Of a DNA stretch of 64,000 nt, positions 26,089 through 40,100 are shown piece after piece. The first letter of the stretch is position 1; each line of letters begins with the position of its first letter. This DNA is from Octopus sinensis (taxonomy: Eukaryota). Location of the stretch: positions 36,642,001 to 36,706,000 of the forward strand of contig NC_043008.1 in assembly GCF_006345805.1 (NCBI RefSeq), given 5' to 3'. The position numbers and the translations under genes are program-made. The notes under the pieces are model-generated. The model did not search any database and was not told the DNA's origin. It was given only the letters and a program-made list of their open reading frames with translations.

Positions 26089-26789
26089 CAGAGTGGTTGG
26101 TGTTAGGAAGGGCATCCAGCCATAGAAACATTGCCAGATCAGACTGGGCCTGGTGCAGCCTTCTAGCTTCCCAGAAACCAGTTGCACCGTCCAACCCATG
26201 CCAGCATGGAAAGTGGACACTAAACGATGATGATTTTTTGTGGGTCGAGAGGAGACAAAGATGTTTTCCATTTTAGGAATAGTAGTAGTGGTGGTAATTA
26301 TGTTAATACCATTCATGGAGGTGTGTGGCTTAGTGGTTAGGGTGTTGGACTCATGATCGTAAGATTGTGGTTTCGATTCCTGGACTGGGCGACACATTGT
26401 GTTCTTGAGCAAAGCACTTCATTTCATGATGCTCTTGGCCACTCAGCTGGCAAGAATGATTAATCCTGCAATGGACTGGCATCCTGTCCAGGTGGGGAAT
26501 TTTTATGCCATAGAAACCAGGAAACCAGCCCTTATGAGTCGGTGGGACTCAAGATGGTAACCTTACCTATCTTTGGTGGGTGAGTGGAATTGGTAGAGCG
26601 CTGGACAAAATACAATATGGTATTTCGTTTGCTCCTGTAATGTAAATAATAAACATAATGCTACTCATTTCCTCCCACCATTACCCACCATTCTCTAAGG
26701 CTTTACAGAAAAAAGGTAAAAAGGTGATTGGGAGTGGTCATGATTGATATCTTTTTCCTCAAACGAAATTGTAAAGGAATATTCTCAAC

Positions 26790-27700
26790 ATGACACCGTT
26801 ACAATGTTCACTATACTTAGTTCCACTACCCTTTGTACACTATTGTAATCAATCCACCCAGTTTAACTACCCTCAGTACATTATTTTTATGTTTATTACA
26901 CCCCATTTCACTACCCACAACACATTCTAATGTTTAATCCACCCTGTTTCCCTACCCACAATACAATATTGTAATCAATCCATCCTATATCACTATCTTC
27001 AATATACTATTTTTATGTTCAGTCCACCCTGTTTCACTACCCTCAATACAATACTGGAATCTATCCACCTTAACTCACTACCTTCAGTACATTATTCCAG
27101 TGTACAATCCACCCTGTTTCACTTCTCCGAGTACACCACCATTCTCTTACAATCTTCAATACACCCTGTTTTGCTACCCACACTACAACACTTTATCGTA
27201 ATGTTTTGTGCACCCTGTTTTATTACCTACACTATAGCACATTATTTTAATGTTCAATCCACCCTGTTTCACTACCCACAATACATTATTGTAATGTTCT
27301 TCTCTCCACCCTGTTTTAATACCTACACATAGTCACGTTATCATTGTACTCCCTTCTCACTATTTCACTCTACTCTTTACAACTTTATTGCAATTATAAG
27401 TTCACCCTATTTTATCTCCCACTCTATCTTCCTCAGTTATAATGTTCAATCCACCCTGTTTCACTACCCACAGAATATTATTCTAATGTTCTGCTCACCC
27501 TGTTTTATTATCCACACTTATATAATTCTCTTACCATCTTCAATACACCCTATTCAACTACCCGCTCTATAACATTCTATTGTAACAGATAGTGCACCCT
27601 CTTTTATTCCCCACACAAAATCACTCCTCTATCCGCACTATATCACTCTACTGTAATGTCTAGTTCACCCTAGTTTAACTATCCATGTTATGCCACCTAT
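26790..27700. repeat. Degenerate ~40-bp minisatellite
   Basis: Recurrent AATGTTCAATCCACCCTGTTTCACTACCCACAATACATT-like units. Confidence 0.85.
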
Positions 27701-27844
27701 TTTTATATATCTATAGTGAATTAGAGACCCAAATAAATTTAGTTTTATATCCAGATTATAAACCAGGTTTGGAATCTCTTGGATGATGTGGATTAGAAAT
27801 ATTTCTTAATTTCCTTGTTTTTTTTCGACTTGTCTGTTTTTCAG

Positions 27845-27884
27845 ATATCAAAATTAAAGAACAAAGTATTGAAAATCTTATGCG
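27845..27884 (+). CDS. DPH5: DPH5 internal exon (40 nt): DIKIKEQSIENLMR
   Basis: Acceptor ctgtttttcAG, donor GTaagt. Matches DIKVKEQSLENL and is in phase with the previous exon. Confidence 0.94.
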
Positions 27885-28031
27885 GTAAGTAAATTTTTTC
27901 CATTGTTAATACAGGTTGCATTGTGAAAATGGAACAAACTGCTGGACAAGTTGAGCTGTATCATTGTCCCTGTTCTTGTCTGAAATTTGTTGTGGTACCA
28001 TTTGCTAAAAAAAAAAAAAATCTCCCAAATA

Positions 28032-28196
28032 GGCGCAAGAGTGGCTGTGTGGTAAGTAGCTTGCTTACCAACCACATGGTTCCGGGTTCAGTCCCACTGT
28101 GTGGCATCTTGGGCAAGTTTCTTCTGCTATAGCCCCGGGCCGACCTATGCCTTGTGAGTGGATTTGGTAGATGGAAACTGAAAGAAGCCTGTCATA

Positions 28197-28251
<55 letters not shown>

Positions 28252-28469
28252 ATATGTTTGTGTGTCTGTGTTTGTCCCCCCAACATTGCTTGACAATCGA
28301 TGCTAGTGTGTTTACGTCCCTGTCACTTAGCGGTTCGGCAAAAGAGACTGATAGAATAAGTACTGGGCTTACAAAGAATAAGTCCCGGGGTCGATTTGCT
28401 CGACTAAAGGCGGTGCTCCAGCATGGCCACAGTCAAATGACTGAAACAAGTAAAAGAGTAAAAGAGTAT
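28032..28469 (+). mobile_element. SINE family A, young subfamily
   Basis: Full length, colinear with other copies. Confidence 0.9.
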
Positions 28470-31199
28470 AGTTGTCACAAGATTGTCATTGCAATATTGT
28501 CCCAAAATTTTCACTGTCATCTCATAATTCTTATTTTTGTCACAAAGTTGTCATAAAAAAAATCATGAAGTTAATTAATGTCACAAATTTATCACAAAAA
28601 AAAAAAAAAAAACATGCTACAAATTGTTGCAAGTCTTAACCCAAAATTTGACACCTGTCAAAAAGTTGTTACAAATTTACTCAGTTCTTTAATTGACACA
28701 CCAGTAATTGCTAAATTGTTATGAATTGTGAAACAAATTTCAGAAACAGAGAAAGATGGATTTTATGTAATGGCGAGTAAATATGTAGACGGGAAATTTG
28801 TTCAGCTGAATTTTATGTAGTGGTCAGTTGTGATAATATATGACAATAAATTATATGTTAATTCATATCTATAAATTGTATTTCTATTTGATAATAGCCA
28901 CTATAAAAGTTGAATGATTTCTCTATCATGTGTAGAGAGTGAGGGAAGGAGAGAGAGAAATAGTTAACATAAGAGGTACAGGAAGAGTGTCTTAAAATTC
29001 TGTGAAAAATACACAATTTTTAAATGTAATTCTGCAGAGATAGGTTTTCAGTGGAGTAGATTGCAATTCTGCTGATAAAATTTAGGAAATATATAGCAGA
29101 TTTATTGCAAATACACAAACGAGAATTTTATTTAGTTTTATTTCATTTTGAGGTAATAAATATTTTTCTTTTGAAAATTAGATTTTTTTCATCATTTTAT
29201 ATGAGAACCATAAAATTTGATGTAAGTTAAATTATAATTATTGTAAGTTAAATTATAATTACTGTATTGTAATTATGATTATTGTATACTTTTACCATGT
29301 TGGTATAAGTATATAATAAATATAATTTTAGTATACTTCCAAAGTTACACATCATATGATGGGCAACACTCATTTTATACATGTCCATGACAAAATTCAA
29401 ATTTGTCAATTATTGTCATTGTTTTGACAATTGTTGCTGTCATGTAAAATTCTTGTTTTCATTTGAAAATTGTAAATAGAGTGAAAAACTGATGTAAAGG
29501 TGAATTTACATTTAATAATTCTATGTAAATGTGAATTATAGCAATTTGTCACAATTGTGGCATTGGTGACAAATGCAAATAGTTTTTGCTTAAAAATAAA
29601 CTGTAAAAAGAAATGTACATAAAGTTATAGTTTGTTATCTCAATTATCATAATTCTCTTTCTACCATTTTGACGATTTTATAAATTCATTATTTGATATA
29701 ATTTGAGGTTTATTAATTGGGTAAATTTAGTGTAAATTTCCAGCAGCTAACATTGTGATTATTACTTACTATTTAACAATTGGCAGTTTTACCGATGGAG
29801 ACAGAATACCACAATTATAAAATTATTACAACTATCACAATCTTTTTTTTTTTATCATTCAACTATGGTAGTAGTTGAATAATATTCTTAAGTTTGCAAT
29901 TTACTCGCATGCAGCATCTCCAGAGCTTTGTCACTAACTCAGTTCATAACCAAATTAAAAACTGTTAACATTTTTGAAGAGGGCTGGTCCCTAGCTACAT
30001 TTTGGCATAAAAAAATTGAGATTTGGTCCAGTAGAAAAAAGTTGACTTCAAAATTTGTAGCAACGTTATAGGAGAGTAAATAATGCCACTGAACAAGTTT
30101 AGATCTATATAACTTTTTTTTATTTTAAAAGCAAAATATATTTATCTTAGCTTCAATGATAGAAGAAAGCATGAAGAATTTCATAGTTTTGATCCCATGC
30201 AACAAAAATTTGTATTAAAAAGGTTGAGAGGTAAAATATCATAAAAAATATATAAGTAAGGCATAAAATTGGATTTAAGTATAATTAACTTCTTTATTTT
30301 AAAAACAAACTATATTTTAATTAAGCTTAAATGATAGAGCTCAATTTGAGCAATTTCATGGTATCAATCTCATGCAATGAAGTTTTAAAAGAAAAAAATG
30401 TTATGAGTGTTTCTCAAATTTGAGGGTGATAATATAATTCTATACTTTTTCATGAATGTAGTTCTATAAGGGACTTTTAATATATGTTACCTGCGTCATT
30501 AAGGTAAGGAGAAAATATCAACGACACAACTAATTTGTAATTAGTTTAATTACGTCATCTGTATTAATTATTGCAACTATATCATAAAAATGAAAAAAAT
30601 TGAAATATTTAGAAATTTTGGCAATAGCCTGGCCATTTTGGCAATCTTTCATTTTAACTCAAAGGTGTGTGCGTGCAGCTCAGCTGTTACCTTATGGCGT
30701 TTGGTAAATTCCGTAAAAAAATTTTATTTTTTTTTGTGAGTGGAAATGTACATTTTGATTGAAGTCAGTATAAAGTGAAAGAGAGAGGACATGTGTATGT
30801 GTTAATGGGGTGTGTGAGACAGAAAGTGTGTGTGGTGTGTGTATGTGGGAGAGAGTGTGTGACAGCGTACATTTTTTAATTTATTTTTTCTCGCATCTTT
30901 TTCAGTGAATGTGTGAGTGATTGACTGAGAGAGAGAAAGAAAGAGAGGGAGAAAAGGAGAGAGAAAGAGAGAGAGAGAAGGTGTGTGTTGCTGTGTGTGT
31001 GTGTGAAAGAGAGAGAGAGAAAGAGAGAGAAAGTGATAGTGTAAATTTTACTGAATTTTATTGTATGAACTTACTCTTTAGTATTTCAAGATATTTTTAT
31101 GTAATTTTGGTAAATATATCTGTCAAGATGAGATGTCAGTGTTATTTTCATTTTGGGTAATTTAGATAAGAGTTTATTCACCGAACCCTGTATGTATAT

Positions 31200-31244
<45 letters not shown>

Positions 31245-31258
31245 TATATATATATGTA

Positions 31259-31314
<56 letters not shown>

Positions 31315-31829
31315 ATATTATATATAATATATATATATGTGTGTGTGTGTGTGTGTATATGTGTGTGTATGTGTATACATATATGTACACATATACATAC
31401 ACACATATATATATATATGCACGTGTACACACACATATGCACACATCTATTTCTATCTATAAACAGGGATGTCTAGATACATACATACATACATACATGC
31501 ATATAAATGCATGTATATAGCTGTGTGTGTGTGTCTTTGTGTCTGGTGTTGGCCTCTTTACCTCCTAGTATTTTAGCGGGGTGGCTTAAGAGACCAATAA
31601 AATAAGTACCAGCGTTATAAGAATAATAATGGGGTCGATTCATTTGGTTGAAACCCTTCAAGGTGGTGCGCCAGCCCCTGACTGTAAGTCCAATGACAAA
31701 TAAATAAAAACAGGGACAACATTTTGTACTAGTAATTGTTTTTTGTAACAAAACCAAATTCACTGAAATGTAAAGTTTATGAAAGATTTATTTATTTCAG
31801 AGTAGGTCGTCATCGTCATCATCATCATC

Positions 31830-31879
<50 letters not shown>

Positions 31880-33293
31880 TGGGTCAACTAGAGCTATGAA
31901 TATTTGTCCTAGCATAACTCTTTTTCACTCAACATGCACCATATATTTTATATTATCTTTTAAAAAAAGAATATTGTTATTACGTTTATATATTCGTTGT
32001 GCAAGATTTTTTATGTAAAGTTGTGTGTTGAAACAGACATTGTTGTATTTTGGAATGGTCATTTTGCCAGTTTAGCCAATAAAAACAAATTTTGTTCTGC
32101 GATTTAATATTGTAATTGTTTTTAACAAACTATTGTTTTCGTGACGTTAGTGCCAAATAGTGTAGCAGCCATACTTGGTTTTCAGATTCACGGCACTGGT
32201 TTTTTTCTCTTGCTCAGTACCAAAACAAATAGTGGTGTATGGAAACAAAATCCAATTTCGCTGCTAGCTTGAAATAAAGTTTACAGAACAAGGGGAATAA
32301 CTCTCAATTTAAGGGGAATAACTCGGTCATAACTATAAAGATAGAGTAAAATTTAAGAAATCAGCTGTGAACTGAAAAAACAAAATCCTCAAAAGCGATT
32401 AAAAAAAAAAAGCAGTTTAATTAAATTCGCAATGCAGTATAATTTCGTGTGTTGTGGAAACAAAGAGTCCCTTAATATATGATGTAGGTTCCTACTGGAA
32501 ACACCAGTTTCTACATGCAAAGAAGTCCTACTGGCAAAAAATAAAAATAAAAAGTCTAAAGCAAAAACCATATCATAATAACTTATAAACTTGCTTTTAA
32601 CAGGAAACAAAACAAAAAAAACAAAAAACTGGTGAGTGACTCACACATGAGGCAGAGTTTGAATAGAAAAAAAAAACAAACAAATTTTGTACCGAGATTT
32701 AATACTAAATTGGATGTATAATTTATACACAAGTAAATATAGCATTTTTTAGTGTTTAGTTACGAGGAAGCCTCTCCTGTTTTCTTTCAACCAGGAAAAG
32801 GCAAAGAGGAAAGCCTTGGGGTCCCCATTTTAGTTCTTAGGTGGGTTATTGATATTTCAGTTAGACTGATTTTGACTGTTTTTATCCAAATTAAAACCAT
32901 TTTTTGATTGAAGATTTTGAGGAAATCAATTATCTACACACAAACATTACAATGATTACAATAGTTATTTGCTGAAGGCTTTATCGCTCATTACCAGTAA
33001 TTAGTTATGAATGTATGTTAGTTAAGAATTAGCAACATTTTCTTGTGTGAAGAGAGGTGAGAATTAAGAACGGGCCGTTCCAGTGGTTGGAGAAATACAT
33101 TGCGGATGAAGTAATTCTTTTTACCTTGAGGTTGAACAGCAACCAAGAATCCTATGTTGTGTTCATTTGTACTCTTAGAAACTTCTCTCAACCTCTGCAC
33201 TGACTGTCTGATGCTTCTATATTTATGACCATTTTTTTTTGGCAGGAAACTCATGGAAAATTCTATCGATCATAGAGTTGCAACTGAAGTACT

Positions 33294-33885
33294 CATCATC
33301 ATCATCATCATCGTTTAACGTCTGCTTTCCATGCTAGCATGGGTGGACGATTTTGACTGAGGGCTGGTGAACCAGATGGCTGCACCAAGCTCCAATCTTG
33401 ATCTGGCAGAGTTTCTACAGCTGGATGCCCTTCCTAACGCCAACCACTCTGAGAGTGTAGTGGGTGCTTTTTACATGCCACCGGCATGGGGGCCAGTCAG
33501 GTGGTACTGGCAACGATCTCGCTCGAATCTTTTTACACAGGCCACCGGCACAGGTGCCAGTAAGGTGATGCTGATAACGATCACACTCGAATGGTGCCTT
33601 TTACATGCCACCGGCATGGTAGCAAGTTAGCCGCTCTGGCAAAGATCTCACTCGGATGGTGCTCTTGGCACCCTACTAGCATGGGCACAAGTGCCAGTCA
33701 GGCAACGCTGGTAATGATCACACTCGAATGGTGCCTTTTATGTGCCACTGGCACAGTAGCCGGTTAGCTGCTCTGTCAATGATCAGACACATGGTGCTCT
33801 TTGCACCCCGCTAGCACGGATGCCAGTTATCAAATTTGATTTTAATGTTGATTTCACTTGCCTCAACAGGTCTTCGCAAGCAAAA
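33294..33885 (-). mobile_element. RTE LINE 3' end (last codons plus whole 3' UTR)
   Basis: (CAT)n tail on +, conserved tail, internal repeats. ATTTCACTTGCCTCAACAGGTCTTCGCAAGC matches ~2265-2295, linking the tail family to the RTE ORF. Confidence 0.82.
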
Positions 33886-34617
33886 TCCAGGGCAAGTCGT
33901 CTGATATGCTGAGGCCTATTTCTTGTCACTGAGCTAAAGCGGTTTCAAATCTAAGCCTGCTACAAAATATTACCAATCTGCAGACTTGGTTACATGGTTT
34001 GTAACTGAGTAGCCTCTGCAAAAGACACCCAAATGCCAGTTGGTAGTGTTAAACCAAGTTATACATTAAGTCTACCACCCAAGCAGGCCATGGTAGGATT
34101 TGAACTTGGAACTCAAAGAGCCAGTATAGATACTATGAGTCATCCACCCTGACGTTTTTATAGTCCTGCCTCTTCACTTTTCTAGATTGGTACTTGTTTA
34201 TTGACCCTGAAAAGACGGAGGGCAAATTTGACCTTGGAGAATACTTGACCACATATTGTCCTAATTTTATTCTAGTGCATGTCAACATCAGTTACTGATA
34301 AAAGAAAAAAAAAAGATAAAAACTTAAGATTTGTGTATCTTTTATGGATTAATTATTTGATAAGCAAGCAAAAATGTATATATCATTAATCATACTTTTG
34401 ATGTCATTTAGATTATTTATTACTACCAGTGGGAAAATGCTGCTCATGTTCATATTCCTTAAAGTAGGTGTGTGTGGTTTATAAACGTTGCTATAACTTC
34501 ATTGCCTTACACTGCAATTAATCAAAACACACACACCTATCTATATATATGCATATCTGTTGCTATCCATCTATATATGTACATTTTTATATAGGAATTA
34601 GACTGCTGTGTATATAC

Positions 34618-34929
34618 ATCACCGTGATCACTGTGACTGACCAGGCCATCAGACGTTGCTACACATCACTGGTCACAATGCGCTTTGCATTGTTTTAGCC
34701 TTCAAATGACGCCACCCTGCTGGCTAAGCGAGCAGGCCAACAGAAGAAAGAGTGAGAGAAAGTTGTGGTGAAAGAGTACAGCAGGGATCACCACCACACC
34801 CTGCTGGAGCCTCGTGGAGCTTTAGGTGTTTTCGCTCAATAAACACTCACAACATCCGGTCTGGGAATCGAAACCGCGATCCTATGGCTACGAGTCCACT
34901 GCCCTAACCACTGGGCCATTGCACCTCCA
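34618..34929 (-). mobile_element. tRNA SINE, head H1 + tail T3
   Basis: Head GGAGGTGCAATGGCCCAGTGGTTAGGGCAG..GGTTTCGATTCCCAG, shared with the 63680 copy, but a different 3' part. Confidence 0.8.
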
Positions 34930-35324
34930 CGAGTATATAGATAAACCTACATATATATAGACATACAAACATAACAAATTTAAGTATTATCCTGTAATTC
35001 AAGTATTACCCCGCAGAAATAAACAGACAATCTGTTCATATACACAACAAATGCAGCAGCTACAAAGAAATGGAACCACTAATTTGCATACCATAAATGG
35101 TTAATTAATATTGGTTTCACATTTTAGTAGAAGGTCAGTAATTTTGGGGAAGTGGATAAGTGGGTTGCATTAATCCAGTACATAACTGGTACTTATTTTA
35201 TCGACCTTCAAAGGATGAAAGGCAGAGTTGACCTTTGTGGAATTTGAACTCAGAATGCAAAGACAGAAGAAATGCTGGTAAGCATTTTAGCCCAGCATGG
35301 TAATGATTCTGCCTGCTCGTTGCT

Positions 35325-36081
35325 TTAACCCTTTCATTACTGTATTTATTTTGAGATGCTCTGTGTTTCTTTCAATTACTTTAAATATAACAAAGAATTT
35401 AGTAAAATGACTTAGTTACCATTCAGCTAGTGTTAGGAACATAAATTTGATGGAAGATTTTAATTGAAAACTTATGAAAACAAGACATTTGTAATACAGA
35501 GCCAGAGGCGGTTTCAGCCAGGTTGGTATCAAAAGGGTTAAGCATGTGTTTGCAATATAAATTAACCTAAAATTTTGAAGGAAGGTTTTTAACTTAGATC
35601 ACTTTAACCCTTTCGTTACTGTATTTCTGTTGAGATGCTCTGTGTTTCTTTCAATTCAATTTAAATATAACAAAGAATTTAGTAAAATGACTTAGTTACC
35701 ATTCAGCTAGTGTTAGGAACATAAATTGTGACTATGGTTTGATGGAAGATTTTAATTGAAAAGTTATGAAAACAAGACATTTGTACTCAGAGCCAGAGGC
35801 ACTTTCAGCCAGGTTGGTAATGAAAGGGTTAAGAATTGTTTCTCTATTATATATCTTAATCCTTTTGTTACCATATTTCTGTTGAGATGCTGTGTTTCTT
35901 TCAATTACTTTAAATATAACAAAAAATTTAGTAAAATATCTTAGTTACCATTCAGCTAGTGTTAGGAATATAAATTGTGACTAAGGTTTGGTGGAAGATT
36001 TTAATTGAAAACTTATGAAAACAAGATATTTGTACTCAGAGACAGAGCTGGTTTCAGGCGGGCTGTTAACGAAAGGGTTAA
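35325..36081 (+). mobile_element. Cluster of three piggyBac-type MITEs, family 1 (35325-35541, 35604-35832, 35856-36081)
   Basis: Each has TTAA-CCCTTTCGTTAC-like ... GTAACGAAAGGG-like-TTAA ends and a nearly identical ~220-bp body. Confidence 0.88.
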
Positions 36082-36508
36082 TGATTTATTTAATATCAGT
36101 GGCTTGCCAACAAAAGCAAAAAGTCCACACAGTTTCAAGGTATGAATATATGTAAATCTACATTGCAGAGATACAAACATGGCAAAATAGTCCTACTGGA
36201 CATACTCTCTATGCTTCCATATCTGTGATGGAACTTTTAGAATATCGGACTAGATGTCTTGTCATATTTGTTCTGACTCTTTATGTTTCGGAGTCAAATC
36301 CTGCTATGGTCTGGTTGGGTGGTAGCTGTAACCAGTCTTTCAGTGATCCAGTTCAGCACCATCACCACCAGGCACCTTGAGTGCTTTAAGTGGGAGCCCA
36401 CTGTGTTGCAGGCATTCGAGTCAGATCTTTGGTTCAAAGATATTTTTGTACCCAATTCCTACCAGACATGGAGTCACTGCAAAGGGTCATGCATCACAGC
36501 CTTTCCTC

Positions 36509-36546
<38 letters not shown>

Positions 36547-36779
36547 TCTCCTTTTCGAAGACATTAACACTTCATTATCAACATCAACATCAGCATTTAA
36601 CGTCTGTTTTCCATGTTGGTAAGGGTTTCTTTTTGGTATTATTTAAGCACTCTTTAAGGCAGCAAGCTGGCAGAATCATTACCCATGCTGGACAAAATGC
36701 TTAATGGCATATTCTCTAACTTTATATTCTAAGTTCAAATTCTACGTAGGTCTACTTTACTTTTCCTCCTTTTAAAAAG

Positions 36780-37166
36780 CATGTAAAAAGCACCACCTGA
36801 ACGTGTTCATTGCTAGGCCTGCCTTACTATCTCCGGTGCTGGTAGCACATCAAAAGTACCAACTGATCATGACCGATGCCAGTACCCACTGACTGGCTCT
36901 TGTGCCGGTGACACATAACAAGTACTATCCAAAAGTGATCGTTGCTAGGCTCACGTTAATGGCTCCTGTGCTGGTGGCACGTGAAAAGCACCCACTACAC
37001 TCTCAGTGTGGTTGGCGTTAGTTAGGGCATCCAGCTGTAGAAACTCTGCCAGACCAAATTGGAGCCTGGTGCACCCACTGTCTCTCCAGACTGCATTCAA
37101 ACCGTCCAACCATGCCAGCATGGAAAACGGACGCTAATCGATGATGATGATGATGATGATGATGAT
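36780..37166 (+). mobile_element. RTE LINE 3'-UTR tail
   Basis: Internal repeats, conserved tail, (GAT)n. Confidence 0.78.
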
Positions 37167-40100
37167 GTGTTTGATAAAATAACATACCATTTGAGCTCTA
37201 GGGGTCAGTGTAGCCAGCTTATCTTCTCCTAAGAAATTGCTGGCCTTGTGCCCAAATTTGAAACCAATATTTAAGCACTCTTAATATTAAGTTGTGTGCC
37301 ACTGTGTTGTGACTTCTTTCACTGGCTCCTGGTATAATGGCTTATGTTCCAATGTGCCACTCAGTGCATTGACTTCTTCCTTTTACCGACATGTGATTTG
37401 TTTTTTAAATGTCAGATACTCAAAATTAATTGTATTTATTTTCACTAGATATATTTTTATTGATAGAAAACCCATCTTCTGCATGATAATATAATACTCT
37501 ATCGACAACTATATTATCGAATATGCCTTTCTCCTTTTAAATAGACTAAGCGAGCTTTGGCTGCTATTTCTAGTAGATAAAGCAATAAAATACACTATGT
37601 AAACACAACTATTACCGCAAGGGAGGCTACTTTTATATTTTTGTTCTTAGTTGTCTCCCTTGTGATTTCTATAATGTTATTTATTTTTTGTTTACTTTGC
37701 ATTATAAGAATTGTCGTTTTGCCAATTGTAGAAAGAACCGATCGACTAACTACACATTTTGGGGATCAAATGTCTTGTTCTGCCCTGTCAATATGTCTTG
37801 ACGTTTCTTAGGACAATTGATTCTCAATATCTGAATTGAAAAAAATGAAAAGTGGATGAAATTGGTTTGCTTTCAGGAAAGGAAAAATTCTATCTTTTGT
37901 GGTCGTATCTTTGTTGGGGGAATGGGGAGACATGTGTTGTGATGGTTCCTTCTCTAGGAGGGACTGTGACCCACTCGTCTCCTCGGCTCTTGCCTTTCCC
38001 CAATTTTGTCCAACCCTAACTCTACACAACTTACTATGTTCGGTCCTTCCCCCCACCCCAGTACTTCTACCAACTGGAATCTTCTCCCTGCTTGTATGTT
38101 TCCTGCAGCTGTTGATTGATAACAGTTTAAACAGAACATTAAGGGCATCGAACCCACAAATTTCAGAGGGCGTACTAGAATCGTGTGAGCATTGCACTTC
38201 TTCTAGACTTAGTGAATAAACAAAATAAAAGATTGGATAGAGAGAGAGAAAGAGAGAGAGAAAGTGTGTGTGAGAGAGAGAGAGAGAGAGGGAGGATGTT
38301 AAAGTGAATGTAATAATGAAGGCAGTTTTATTTTTGTTTTTAATTGTTGAACCCTAGAGCAAAGGCAATGCTTATGACATTTGACCCTAACCCCGACACC
38401 TTTTCTTCCATCCTCATCATCCTCGTTATTGAACAATCTGCAAAGATCAGCTGAGACAGATAATGAAGTATTGCTCTCACATCTGGGATGCTGCTGCTGC
38501 TGTGCACACATACATCTTAGACTGCATCTAGAAAAAGGCCAAAAGTCATCCGAACCAGGACTGTTGGCATCATGTCACTCACCAACCCACTCCAATGTGC
38601 TCCATATTTTCTTGCACTTCTATTATAGATTCTCCTCATCAAAGCTGATTAGGTTCAGGCCATCTCCATTTAGACATTCTTGACCAGCCTGTCTCTCCTC
38701 TTCTCATCACTTTTCTTGTGTCCAATCTCTGTGGCCCCTCACTATTCCCTGTCTCTAGTCCTTCTGTCTCTCCCAAAATGTTGACCTTCTGGAATTTCTG
38801 TCATATTTTTTTCCAAGGATCTTATGGTGGTCTGTCAGAATAGCAGTCATAAATAAAATAGAATTTCTTGTTTTTGGATAAATTTTTTTCAGTATTTTTT
38901 GTCATTTTATAATATTCCATATTCTAAAACCTGTAAATCACATTAAAAAAAAACCTTTTTTTAAAAACCCATGTCTTTCAACACCCTTCCCTGTTTCATC
39001 ATTGGGATTTTTCACCGTTTAATATTATCCCACATTCTAAAATACATGTAATTTGCATAAAAACAAAAATCCAATAATCCATAGTTTCCAATCTCTTAAC
39101 CACTCTTTATTATACCTTCGGAATAACTGCCACAGTAAATCATTTTTTATTTTTTGGCAGGGGTTATTTTTCATCATTTTGTATTATTGCCCATTCTGAA
39201 ACACTTGTAATTCACATTTTTTTTTTAATGGTTTAAGAGAAACGTGGGTTAGGGCATTGCCTTTGCTCTAGACTCAACAATTAAAAAAGAACAACAACAA
39301 ACCCTTCTTAATTTTTACATGTGCTTTTCCATTCTGGTATGGGTCATGCAGGCTGCTTTGAGGCAAAGTATTATGCCCAGGTGCCCTTCCTCACATCGAC
39401 CCTTGTAGATGCTCCTTACAATACACGGATATGGTGTGTCTATACTAAAAAACCCAGGATTCGCACATTAAACCATTCTGTTTATTCAGAAGCATAAGAA
39501 AATATCACTTTTCAACCTTTTTGTTATTGTATTTTTCTATTATAATTCACTGCCTTTGTCTCACTTTTGAAAATAACGAGCGATTCATTAAAATAACTTT
39601 GTCATTATTAAACCGGTGTTTTGAACATAAAATAGGATGGAATTTTAATGGAAGTTTTTTAATTCATTTCGTTTTTGGATTTGGTTTGCAAGATTCTTTA
39701 TATAAGTTCATGTGTTGAAGTATATGCTGTTGTGTCTGGGGAGAATCATTTTCTTTTTGTGCCTTATTATATAACACACCCACCGGTAAAATTTCCACTT
39801 TTTTCTTATTTTTATTTTCTTAAAATTTTTGTTGCATCTTGCAACCTTTTCAATAGTTTTAATTTAGCCCATTTTAAATCCAAGAATTTATATCATGCAA
39901 CCAGGGGTTGTTTCAGGGAGATTGGTATCAAAAAGGTGATTCCTTAAAACATTAGAGTTTTTCTCTTCTTTTCAGTAAACCAGTTTACTCCAATATTGAA
40001 CTGTTTATAACCATTAATTATGAATACTGACCTTTATTAGTTTCTCTGGAACCTACTCAACCATTTTGTGGTCAATTATCTCATGACTCACCTGCCTCCA

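Noticed and set aside
37877-37900. Next DPH5 exon after tttcAG/GAAAGGAAAAATT
   Set aside because: The in-phase translation (RKGKILSFV) lacks the conserved YEPP motif.
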